Assembly: GCA_002269645.1 (NCBI GenBank)
Contig: NIVC01000944.1
Location: 248,001 to 312,000 of the forward strand
Reading direction: 5' to 3'
Length of the DNA: 64,000 bases
Source of the DNA: Macrostomum lignano
Taxonomy: Eukaryota
The notes beneath the pieces were generated by a model that saw only the letters and a program-made list of their open reading frames with translations, searched no databases and had not been told where the DNA came from. The translations under genes were made by a program, and so were the position numbers. This document shows, one piece after another, positions 35,223-45,830 of the stretch. Every line of letters begins with the position of its first letter. Positions within the stretch are counted from its first letter, which is position 1.

Positions 35223-36578
35223 ATGGCCTTCAGTAAACCATTATTTCTAGGAAATGCTTTAGATATTCAGTCAGCTATAACAAAACTACCACCCATCTTC
35301 GCCACTGGAAAATATCCTGGCGAATTTCATATTCCAGGGTATTCTTTCACTGGCCCAGGTACAAATTTAGACAAGAGACTCAATCCAATTACAGACCGGC
35401 CTCGGTATGACAGTCTACCAATTAACCCAATCGATTGGACTGCTTACTATCATGACAAAAACTATAGAGATGCCGAAAACACTTCTTCAAATCCAGAGGA
35501 AGCTCTAGCAAAGAAGCACATTGCTGATGAAAAAATGATAGCTGATTTAGATGCTATTCCAACCAGTGACTTGTCTGTGAAAGAGAGACTCATTCGAAAT
35601 CTAGTAAAGCGTATTATCAAGGCTAAAGTTCGGTTTGGATTAGGAATTCTTACTCACAACCCCAACAATTGTATAGACTGTCTAACCATATACGGCAATG
35701 GTCTTAGCTATGAAGATGCTTTGAAATTGCATAAAGAATATCGAAAGCCAAGAGTATTTAGAAAAATGATTCACTATGCAAAAGACACAATTTGGCATGC
35801 AGATATCATTATCCTTCCTCCTGAAAGAGGTTACAAATATGCCCTCACTATCATAGATGGTTTTACACGTTACGCCTGGGCAGTTCCTTTGAAAACAAAG
35901 ACGGGAGCGGAAGTTGCAGAAGCTTTCCAAAAAGTATTTAAGGAATCAGGAAGACGATCAGAGAGACTTTGTGTAGATGAAGGCAAGGAGTTTTATAATC
36001 AGCATATGTACAAGCTATACTCGTTTTCAAAAGACGACATAAGAAAGAAAGATGAAAATGGGGAGTATATTAACAAGATGTTCTCAATTTATGGTGAGTC
36101 TAAGAATGCAATGATTGAGAGGTTCAATCGTACTCTCACAAATAAACTCTAGTTTGAATTTGATCTACAAGGAAACCAGAAGTGGCTCCACATATTGCCA
36201 GCTATTGTTGAAAAATACAACACAATCCATTCTGAGATTCTGATAACTCCTTTAGAAGCATCTAAACATCCTGAGCGAGTACCAAAGCCTTCATTTGAGT
36301 ATTCAAATGAGAAACCAAACTTCAAAGTAGGTGACAAAGTTCATATCTATAGATATAAGGAGCACTTTGAAAAGGGTCGAAAAGGTTATTGGAAAATTTC
36401 ACAATTGTTTAGGATAAAGAAAATAGTTTATTCAAATCCCATAACCTACATTATTGAGGATGAGAATGGAGAAGAAATTATTGGATCATTTTACAAATCC
36501 CAGCTTTTACCAGCAAATTTTCCAACAAAAAATGAGCGCCAATCGAACACACTGCAAACGGGCGAAAGGTCAGATTGA
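35223..36578 (+). pseudogene. Parvovirus-type phospholipase A2 fused to a retroviral-like (rve) integrase; in-frame TAG at 36150-36152
   Basis: PLA2 motifs GYSFTGPGT (Ca loop) and DWTAYYHDKNY. Integrase motifs WHAD, IDGFTRYAWAVPLKTK, VDEGKEF, IERFNRTL. The frame continues after the TAG into KYNTIHS and FKVGDKV (SH3-like C-terminus). Confidence 0.9.
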
Positions 36579-36954
36579 AACGTCTGATTCACAACTACTA
36601 GCTGATAAAGAGGGTGAAGGAATTGGTGATATGATCAGTGGTGTCACAAACTTTTTATCAAATCATGGAAGTAAAATTGTGAGTGGAGCTGATGCAATAG
36701 GTAAAACAGCTACCACAGCGAAGAACATATTCGATGCGAAGAAATCATACAGTGACATGTCTAAAGCAGGTGAGGAACTGGAATATATTAAAAAGAAACG
36801 CCGAGAAAAGGAAGCAAAGAAAAGAATGGAAGAAGAGCATCAGATAGCTTCACAATCAAACAAGGCCATTCAAGATATTGTTAAAAAGGCTCTAGGAACA
36901 GCAGAACAGTCTCAAGTGTCTTTGAGACAAGGCAATGGTTTGAAGAAATTCTGA
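36532..36954 (+). CDS. Putative virion core protein with an adenovirus pVI-like amphipathic helix
   Basis: EGEG|IGDMISGVTNFLSNHGSK, a coiled coil and a C-terminal QGNGL. ATG in AAAAAATG context. Homology is by eye only. Confidence 0.5.
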   Translation: MSANRTHCKRAKGQIETSDSQLLADKEGEGIGDMISGVTNFLSNHGSKIVSGADAIGKTATTAKNIFDAKKSYSDMSKAGEELEYIKKKRREKEAKKRMEEEHQIASQSNKAIQDIVKKALGTAEQSQVSLRQGNGLKKF

Positions 36955-36962
36955 CCTTAAAA

Positions 36963-37420
36963 ATGAGCGAGAAAAACACTGAAGCAAGACTCAATCGATA
37001 TGTTCGAGAGGGAAAACCAAGATATGTTACTGTAAATAAGCAAAAGCAATATCTTTCTAAAGAGAAGATTCGAGAATTGCAAGAGAAACAGAAAGAACAT
37101 GAAGGTGGAATAATTCCTCTATTAGGCTTACTACCAGCAATTTTGGGTGGTATCGGAGCAGCCTCAGGAGTTGGTACAATGATTGCAAAAAGTGTAAATA
37201 CAGCCAACAATGCTAAGCATAATAAGAAAATAGAAAGCATTGAACGGCAAAAACTAGAAGAGTTGAAAAAGGCTCAAGGGAGTGGAGTGTTAGTTGATGC
37301 GGCTAAAAGAGTCGAACAAGTACCGTACCCAGCAAAGCAGTCAAGTGGCTGCTAAAGACTTTTAAAGTTGAAAAGGAGAAACAGGGTAATGGGATAATTC
37401 TTAGACCTCACGAAGCTTAG
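36963..37420 (+). CDS. Adenovirus pX/Mu-like core protein precursor; probable frameshift near 37310
   Basis: A basic N-terminus precedes EGGIIPLLGLLPAILGGIGAASG. A shifted frame ends KQGNGIILRPHEA* at 37420. Confidence 0.6.
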
Positions 37421-37440
37421 TTGAAATTTCTCGTATAAAA

Positions 37441-38592
37441 ATGGAGAACAAAAAGGATATACTGAACCTATATGAGAGCAAAACTTTTAGCTTTTTCAAA
37501 AAGAAAGAAGACTATATTAAGATTTCGCCCACACCAGGTAGCACTAATAATCTCAATGTTGCAGGAGGTCAAATAGTTCATGAAGTCAATTCAACAGAGT
37601 CATACATTCTCATGTCAGAGGCATTCGGTTTTATAAGATACTCGATAACACAGCGAGATAACACAGACTTGAATACGAACATTACTCTAGAACATAATTG
37701 GCCTATGCGTCTGTTTTCTCAACTTATTGTGGACATAGGAGGATCAAAGAAAGTATATAATGATCCTGGAGAGTATGACACAATCTTAAAGTCCGTAATG
37801 TACTCAAAATTAATGAATGAAGTTGGAGAAGCATACGGATGGATTCCAGACACTGGAGATGCTGGGACTGTTTCTGATATACCTCTAGCAAACAACGCAG
37901 ATGCTGAAGCTGTGAGAACTGCAGCAATCGCTATGAAAAATAGACTTAATAAGAAGGATTCGAATACTGGATACATTAGGAGGCTTGAAAATTATAATGT
38001 CACTAATGCTCCAAACAGAGGTGGAACAATCAAACTATCATTAACACCCCTCATTGGGTTCCTTGATTGGCAGAAGATTAGCAAAGGAATTAAATACAAA
38101 TTTACATGGACAAGAAAGACTAACGATGCTGAAATTTTCTTTGGAGCTGCTGGGACGGAAGCTAAGTTAACTATTAATAGCTTTGAGATTTGGATCCCTG
38201 CTATTACTTTGTCACTCAGTGCTGAAGAAGCTTTTCTAAAATCACTCAACAAGGACATTACAGTATCATTTCCAGAGAGGGTAACGGTTCCGCCACAACT
38301 CATTCAAGGAAGTCCATATACATGGAACATAACCAGCGTCTCCAATATGCCACTTGCAATCTTTGTAGCCTTCAAATATGACGTAAACAATCCATCATAT
38401 ATAGTTAATGATCACAAGTATGTATCTTACAAGACTGGAGCAAATGCAGTAAAAATAACCCAGCTTCAAGTCAGATTAAATCAGGCGATGTATCCAACTG
38501 ATTATGTTGATATTGATCCAGTAGCTCAAGACATTCATAAAGCGTATGAAATGTACGAGGACATCTGCAGCCATTTCGGTGTAACTCCGTGA
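37441..38592 (+). CDS. Double jelly-roll major capsid protein (Polinton PY/hexon-like), probably C-terminally truncated
   Basis: LFSQLIVDIGG...NDPGEYDTILKSVMYS, PLIGFL, KLTINSFEIWIPAI, QLQVRLNQAMYP follow the Polinton MCP pattern as I recall it. Beta-rich, 383 aa, ending abruptly at a small duplication. Confidence 0.75.
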   Translation: MENKKDILNLYESKTFSFFKKKEDYIKISPTPGSTNNLNVAGGQIVHEVNSTESYILMSEAFGFIRYSITQRDNTDLNTNITLEHNWPMRLFSQLIVDIGGSKKVYNDPGEYDTILKSVMYSKLMNEVGEAYGWIPDTGDAGTVSDIPLANNADAEAVRTAAIAMKNRLNKKDSNTGYIRRLENYNVTNAPNRGGTIKLSLTPLIGFLDWQKISKGIKYKFTWTRKTNDAEIFFGAAGTEAKLTINSFEIWIPAITLSLSAEEAFLKSLNKDITVSFPERVTVPPQLIQGSPYTWNITSVSNMPLAIFVAFKYDVNNPSYIVNDHKYVSYKTGANAVKITQLQVRLNQAMYPTDYVDIDPVAQDIHKAYEMYEDICSHFGVTP

Positions 38593-38666
38593 TGAGGATG
38601 TAACTTCGGTGATGAGGATGAGCAAGATTTGTATAAGGATGTTCTAACTAAAATCCCATTGTAAAA

Positions 38667-39398
38667 ATGACTAATGAATATATAAGACAACTCATTAATT
38701 TAGCAAAGCAGCGAGAAATGTACAAATCCAGAAATGATGCTCAACGCTATTTGAAAATTGGAGAAGAGAGTTTATATGCAAGAGTGGCTCCATTAGCTCA
38801 AAAACCTGTCACAGAAAAGCTTGATCAATTTATTGATGTCAATGCCAACCTTGTTGATAAACTTCAGAATCAAAAAGTTCCAGTTCCGCAATCAAGTACA
38901 CCAAAAGGACGATTTGAACCTCTGGAAGTATTTGACAAAATAATTGAAGAAATTGGAAAGATTCCAATAACTCAAAGACCAGCACCTAGTATACGAATTC
39001 AAAAAACAGATGCTGGATATATATTTGGATCATCTGTAATAGATGTTGAATTCCATGAACAAGGTCGAGACATCATTGTCAACGAATTTCGAATGCCATT
39101 TTCTGAAGATCTTGAAGAGTTGTTCAAAATGCCTAAAGTAACTGAAAATGGTGAAGAGCTGAAGCAATTCAAGATGCAAACATTGCAGGATTATGTTAAC
39201 CTCATTGAACACTGTAAAAATCCAGCAGCCAAATCAAGTGGGAATTATAAGCAAGCAGTAAGGATATTGAAAGATAATCCACCAGGATATCGAGTAAAAC
39301 CGGGATCTGGACTCAGTGAAAGAGTGTTGACATTACTAGCCGCAAAAGCAGAGGGACATAACAATGTTGATAAAGAGCTAGAAGAATTACTTGCTTAA
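38667..39398 (+). CDS. Uncharacterised Polinton-type protein, 243 aa
   Basis: Open frame with a TAAAAATG start and a KPGSGL motif near the C-terminus; no function assigned. Confidence 0.6.
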   Translation: MTNEYIRQLINLAKQREMYKSRNDAQRYLKIGEESLYARVAPLAQKPVTEKLDQFIDVNANLVDKLQNQKVPVPQSSTPKGRFEPLEVFDKIIEEIGKIPITQRPAPSIRIQKTDAGYIFGSSVIDVEFHEQGRDIIVNEFRMPFSEDLEELFKMPKVTENGEELKQFKMQTLQDYVNLIEHCKNPAAKSSGNYKQAVRILKDNPPGYRVKPGSGLSERVLTLLAAKAEGHNNVDKELEELLA

Positions 39399-39400
39399 AA

Positions 39401-40194
39401 ATGGAAAAAGAAATAGAAAAAGTCAACATCCTCATGAGTAAAAAGTTTCAACGCACATTTGACTTCTTTTCAATTAAAAACCCATTTCGACAAACTCTAG
39501 GCACTCCGATAAATTTGTATGAAGATCGAGAATACGAAGCTGGTATAAAAAAGTTTGCAGTATTTGATGCCATTAACAATATTGAAGGAGGCAATAATGA
39601 GTTGCGATACTCGAGGGATAGTGGTAGAACATGGAAAAAAATAAAGATTCAAGCAGGATCTTGGGAAGTTAAAAGTCTGTCAAGTGAGATTCAAAGATTG
39701 CTAACAGCTGCAAATGATTGGAAAGAGGGAGCTATTGTCTTCAGTGCAAGCCTAGACACGCGTAGAGTTGAGTTACGGTTAGCCACAGATTATCAAGTTG
39801 ATTTCAGGGATGCACATTCCAATAATTTTAGAAGAGACTGTTGGGATTCAATTCAGAAGTGTATTTGAAACCATTTGAGAGAGCTCCAAATCCAGCTCGG
39901 ATAGACGGAGCTAGAAGTGCGATCATGGTTCGTTGTCTAAATATCAAAGGGGGTTTTATCACTAATCCAGCCAATGGAAATCATTTAATTGATAAGCAAA
40001 TACTTCTTTCAATTCCATCGTTCTCTGTCCCAATGGGAAGTAAAATTATTCAAGAGCCTGCAAATCCTGTGTACCTACCACTAACTACAAACATGTTGAG
40101 CACATTCGACTTTGTCATTGAAGATGAGTCTGGTGTTCTATACGACTTTGATGGCGAGGAAATATTTATAAATCTACACGTACGACAAATATGA
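39401..40194 (+). pseudogene. Single jelly-roll minor capsid (penton) protein; frameshift near 39835
   Basis: INNIEGGNNELRY...KIQAGSWEVKSL, then (shifted) LLGFNSE...IIQEPANPVYLPL...YDFDGEEIFINLHVR. Confidence 0.8.
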
Positions 40195-40203
40195 GTGTTA
40201 AAA

Positions 40204-40635
40204 ATGAGCGAAGCTGAGACATGGAATGCATTTAAACAAAAGTTTGGGACTGACACTACGACTAATATTGATCTGATAAATTGGGCAAAATATCTCAAGT
40301 TAAAACCATTTCGCTATGCCATGAGAGATGAAATTATTGATTTACCACAGTATGGTTACTTTATGACAAATATTCACACTTCGAAAGAACGGGGTATACA
40401 TCATTCAGCTATCTTTTCAGCTCCTGATAAGGTTTATTTTTTTGATTCCTATGCACTACCGCCCACACTAGAAATTATGGAAAAGTTTAATCACACAAAG
40501 AATAGAATATGTGGAGACATGGAAGAACAAATTCAAACTTTAGATAAGAAATTTTGTGGTCAAATGTCGCTGTACTTTTTACATCGAATCGATAAAGGAG
40601 ATAGCTATAATGAAATTTTGCAGCAATTAAAATGA
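40204..40635 (+). CDS. Adenain-like (C5) cysteine maturation protease
   Basis: NIHTSKERGIHHSA (His), FFDSY (Asp), QIQ...FCG (Gln, Cys). Confidence 0.85.
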   Translation: MSEAETWNAFKQKFGTDTTTNIDLINWAKYLKLKPFRYAMRDEIIDLPQYGYFMTNIHTSKERGIHHSAIFSAPDKVYFFDSYALPPTLEIMEKFNHTKNRICGDMEEQIQTLDKKFCGQMSLYFLHRIDKGDSYNEILQQLK

Positions 40636-42009
40636 GTTACAAGAATACTGCCAATCAATTTGGTTACTCGTCAAATTCAAATGATATAGCACCTGGAATA
40701 ACAATAGCGTTAGCTGATGATCGATACATCAATGAAAATGAAGGATATAAGAGAGAGGAAATAGATAATTTATTGTTAGCAAAGAGAAATGTTTCAGACT
40801 CTTATTCAAAGGAAGATAGTGACGCAATGAATATCACCATGCTAAAATTAATTGACGATGCTCATGGGCGCGTAAACAATGTCTACACAAAAACCGAAAT
40901 TGACACTATGATGTATTCTAAAACTGAGATTGACACTAAGATGTATTCTAAAACTGAGATTGACACTTTGTTAGCGGAAAGGCAAGGTACTGCGGCAGGT
41001 ACAGAGAGTTCGAAATTAGTCAATATTCTTTCATTACTGACTTCAAACGCTTCCCATCCTGACATGAAAGTGACCGCTTCTCATAACTCTTCAGCAGCAT
41101 ATCATGTTGCAGATTCAAACCCAGCTTCAGAATGGAGCAGTGTAGATGACTCAGACAAGTGGATACGATTTCAATTTTTGAAAAGAGCTAGGAAAGTTGT
41201 AGAGATAAAGTTGGAAGGAGAGGTGTGGCCTGGTTGGTCTGTTAGTGTGAGCCTAAATGGAACAAACTGGACACCTGTTGAACAAAGTGCACCCATTGAA
41301 CTACGAAGGGCAATGCACATCTTAGGAAAAAATACCCAATCCCTCATATTATTTCCATTATTCTCTTAATTTTTCTGGTTCCGTAAAGCTTACAAAAGTT
41401 GAATTACTTGAGAGACAAACAGTGGTTAATGATTTAGTGTGGCCTATAGATAGACTTCAAGCTGTACCAAAGCTATACGTAGACAATGCACTTGAATCAG
41501 TGGAGCTGCGACTAAGGCGGGGACTAGGTTTCAAATCTTATACAGGATATATCCCCCCACTAGCAACACGTCAAAACTATAGAGAAAGGGGTTTCAATGT
41601 AGCGTCATCAGGAGCATTTGAAACGTCAGATAATTGGGGTTATATAGTATCTAATTCAGAATGGGCATCGAGGAATGAACCCAATTCTTACATTGAAGTA
41701 CAACTTCCCGAGTCTATTCAAATTTGGAAATTCGGATTGAAAGGAACCAAAGCAGTAGGTAGTGAAATTATAAAAAATCAACCAAAAAGTTTTATTTTAA
41801 AAGGTAGCAATAACAAGAGAGACTTTAAAAATATTTTTTCTACCGAAAACGCTGGTTTAGTTCCTGGAGTGATGAAGTATTTCGAAGTAGCTTTCACCGA
41901 AAAATTCTCCGTTTATAGAGTGCATATTAATTCGGCCACTGAAGGATCAACTGTTCTTATAGTTTCAGGCTTTCAACTTTATCCGATTTTAGACATAATT
42001 GCCACATAA
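40632..42009 (+). pseudogene. Fibre/receptor-binding-like protein with Y(S/T)KxEID repeats and two discoidin (F5/8 type C)-like domains; +1 frameshift in an A6 run at 41327-41332
   Basis: YTKTEIDT/YSKTEIDT x3. Domain 1: VTASHNSSAAYHVADSNPASEWSS...WIRFQF. Domain 2: VASSGAF...WAS...SYIEVQLP...FILKGSNN...FSVYRVHI. Confidence 0.65.
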
Positions 42010-42011
42010 AA

Positions 42012-42745
42012 ATGAATGATAAAAATGAACACATCTATCCTGTGGTTGAGCTGCATGAAGCAGATTTGAGGGAGCGGGACTATTTCAACCAGAGAAAGGG
42101 TGAAATCAAAGGCAGTATTGAATGCATTACTAAAGATCTTACAATTTATAGCAAAAAGGTAAAAAAGAAAAAAGGATAAATTGGATCAACATTGTGACAG
42201 GAAATGTAAGTCTCTTGGCTGCTACAGGAATTGGCATAGCAACATCGATACTGATATTGAATCCCTTAGTCATTGGAGTAGTAATCGGGGCAATGAGTGG
42301 TTTTGAAGCTGTAAAATCCACGTCGTTGTTTGCAACTGTGAAAATGCATTGCCAAAAGCAGAAGGCAAAATACATTGTTCTCAGAGATCTGGCAAATCAA
42401 TATAGAGAGAGATTGTATATTTACTCCCAAAAAGCAGTTGATGATTATAGATTAACTCTTGAAGAGGTTCAAGCAGCTGCTGCAATTTATTCAGAATACA
42501 GAGAGAAAAGAGATCAATTGTTAGACACCTGTGTTGCGCCTGAAGAAGTTAACCATTCGGAAGTCGTTGATAAAATCCTTAAAGAGAGTAGACTTGGTCA
42601 ATCAGCGAAGGAAAAAATTAAAAAGGAACTGCTGGAGAAAGATCTGAGAGAAAAATTGGGTCAAAGCCATTGGGATAAGCCAAAAGAGTACTCGGCAACA
42701 CTCAATCTTCAATCAAATGCTCCAAGTGCGCCCCCCTATGCTTGA
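42012..42745 (+). pseudogene. Small membrane protein with two hydrophobic helices; frameshift at ~42165
   Basis: A TAAAAATG start at 42012 reads to TAA at ~42177; the -1 frame continues into VSLLAATGIGIATSILILNPLVIGVVIGAMSG. Confidence 0.55.
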
Positions 42746-42770
42746 GTCTGTTTAATTTTTTTTCTTAAAA

Positions 42771-45700
42771 ATGGAAATGAAAATACCAGCGGCCTCTTAT
42801 GAATTTGATCTCGACTCCGTTGAAGAAATTCCCGGTTTAATCTCCCCAATTCTTTCTAAACATTTGATGACTAGAGATTCAATAAAATACAGAATTTCCT
42901 TTGTCGCAGAATTTTATAAAGGAACTACCGACAGTTGGATTGAGTTCCAATATCATTCAAAGTATCGAACTTTGTTAAATCTGCTTCAAGTTGAAGATAG
43001 TATTGAAAGTACAATAAGGGATGTTCTGGATGAATTTGATGAATGGAAGGATAGTTTTAATGAAAGGGGATCGGGATATTATTTTGTTAAGTTAGTAAAG
43101 ATTGTGTTGAAAGTTGTTGGCATTAATCAGTTGAAAGGAGGAACTTATATTCCAATTCCAATTAAATCAAACGCATTAGTAAATGTTAAGAACACTAAAG
43201 ACAATAGGTGCTTTCTCTGGTCTATTTTAGCAAAGCTCCATCCTGTGAAGGAACATAGATATAGAGTTGGTAAGTATACACAGTATATAAATGAAATAAA
43301 CTTAGGAGACGTTAAATTTCCAGTGGACATTCGAGATATCTCTGATATTGAAAAGTTGAACAGTCTTCATATAAATGTGTTTGGATTGAGAGATATAAAT
43401 ACTAAAGAGTCAATATATTCTATTCGTCTGACAGAAGATTACGACAACCCCGATGTTATTGATTTACTACTTGTTGAAAATCATTATTGCTTAATAACAG
43501 ACTTGTGTTTATTCCTCACGTCCCAAAATTACAACAGGGTTTTTCTTTGTCGAAAGTGTCTTCAAGTCAAATACTCCCAGGATGCACTGGATAATCATAA
43601 AGCAATCTGTAATGACTTCAAAGTGTCAATTGAAGTTCCAAAGATTGATAAGAGGATATTAAAGTTTAAAAACTACCACATGAGTGTAAGAAAGCCATTT
43701 GTGTTTTATGCTATATTGGATTATGTAACTTTGGATGATAAATCGCTAGAACTATCACAATGGACACTTTTTACTAGTTCTGATTATGAAGACATTATAC
43801 AGTCGGATATTATTTCAAATACTACAGTGGAATCATTCGTTGAAACCGTAATAAAAAAGTTTGAGCATATAAAAAATGAAATGGATAGATATAAACATCC
43901 AAGATTAAGTGATGTCGAAGAGACTGATTACAAAGCGGCAGAACAATGTTTTCTCTGCTCAAGGCCATTTGTAGATAGTAAAAAAATTCGAGAGCATAAT
44001 CACTACAATGGTAAATATCGCGGCGCAGCATGTCAATCATGTAATACCAAGGAGGGCAAGGCGAATCAAACGGTGCCATTGTTTCTCTTGAATGAATCTG
44101 GAAAAGATCTAAACTATTTGATAGTTCCATTAACAAGAATAAAGAATGCAGCATATAAATTGGATTTCATTTCTAAAACATCTGATGACCATGTTGCAAT
44201 CAAGTGGGGGAATTATACCAGTGGTGTTGTGTTTTTAGATGGATCTAGGTTTTTGGAACCACCATTTACACTCTCTGAAGAAGAAATAAAATATTTGCCA
44301 CCCAGTGATACAACAGCAGTAATTAGAAAGATTTACTCATTTGTCAATGCTTTTGAGACGTTTCGATCAACATTTTTGAAATATTTCAAGATAGATCCTG
44401 CGTATTGCTTTTCCCTTTCTGGATTATCGTGGGCATGTGGGTTGAAATATACCAATGTGGAATTGGAATTACTTGGTGATAAAGATATGATATCCATGGT
44501 AGAAAGTGGTATTCGCGGCGGTTTCTCTGGAGTTCTTGGAGAAAAATGAATAACAAGTATTTAGAAAATTATGACAGCAATTCTGAATCGTCGTACATGC
44601 TATACTTGGACAAGAATAATTTATATGGTGAAGCAATGATGAAAAATCTACCTGTGGGAGATTTCAAGTTTGAAAATGATCTAGAGTATCACAAGAATAT
44701 TCCCCAATGGCAGGGGTTGTTTTCTTGAAGTTGACCTTGAATATACAGAGGAATGTAAGAAAGCTACAAGTAAATATCCACTGGCTCCTGAGAAACGAAC
44801 AACTAGATTTGAGGATTTATCTGATATACAAAAGCAATATCTTGAAGTCGAAAAGAAAAAGTTTGTTCAATCCAAGTTGATGTTGACATTTTACAACAAG
44901 GAGAAATATGTTTTACATCACAGACTACTTGAGTTTTATGAGAAGATGGGCATGCGAGTTATGAGAGTTCATAGAATTATTTCATTCAAAGAATCAAACT
45001 GGTTGAGTAAATACATCGAATTTAACACCAGGCGGAGAATGGAAGCAAAAACTAAATTTGAGAAAGACCTGTGGAAACTACTAAACAACTCATTCTACGG
45101 TAAAACAATCGAAAATGTAAAGAATAGGTCGAACTTTCATCTTGTAGCTGAAGAAAAAACTGCAAGGCGTTATTTTTCTAAACCAAATTTCAAAGATTTC
45201 ATTATGTTTAGTGAGGATGCGGTTGGTATCCAAATGTACAAAAAGACAATTGCGTGTGACAAGCCAATTTATTTAGGAATGGCTATTCTGGATTATGCAA
45301 AAATGCTAATGTACGATTGCTATTACAATGTTATTGAGAAGAATTGGAACAGCTGTCAATTGCACTATTCTGATTGTGATTCGCTAATATTCTCAGTGAT
45401 TACTCAGGATGTTTATGAGGATCTTGAAAAAATTAAATAACACTTAGACACATCGGATTATCCAAGAGAGCATCCACTATACTCCGAGAAGAATAAGAAA
45501 GTCATTGGAAAGTTGAAAGATGAAATGAACGGTTCAATAATTTCCGAAGCTGTATTCCTGCGGTCAAAGGAGTATGCTTTCACTACAGTTTCAGGGGAGT
45601 GTGTTAAGATTAAGGGAGTTGATAAAGGCAGTACAAATATAAAGTTTGAAACATTTAAAAACATACTATTGACAGATTACAAAGATATTCAAAGAGGTAG

Positions 45701-45830
45701 AGTAAGTATGACTGTATCTGAAAAAAATAAAATATATATTCGTGAGATTATGAAACAAACAATGAGTCCGTTAGATGATAAAAGATATTATTTGGATCCT
45801 ATCAGATCTATTCCTTATCAGCCAATGTAA
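42771..45830 (+). pseudogene. Protein-primed family B DNA polymerase; frameshifts at ~44545 and ~44705, in-frame TAA at 45438-45440
   Basis: CFLWSILA, endonuclease VII-like CFLC...EHNHYNGKYRGAACQSCN, GIRGG, YLDKNNLYG (motif A), KLLNNSFYGK (motif B), YSDCDS (motif C), GKLKDE, KGV, DDKR. Confidence 0.95.
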
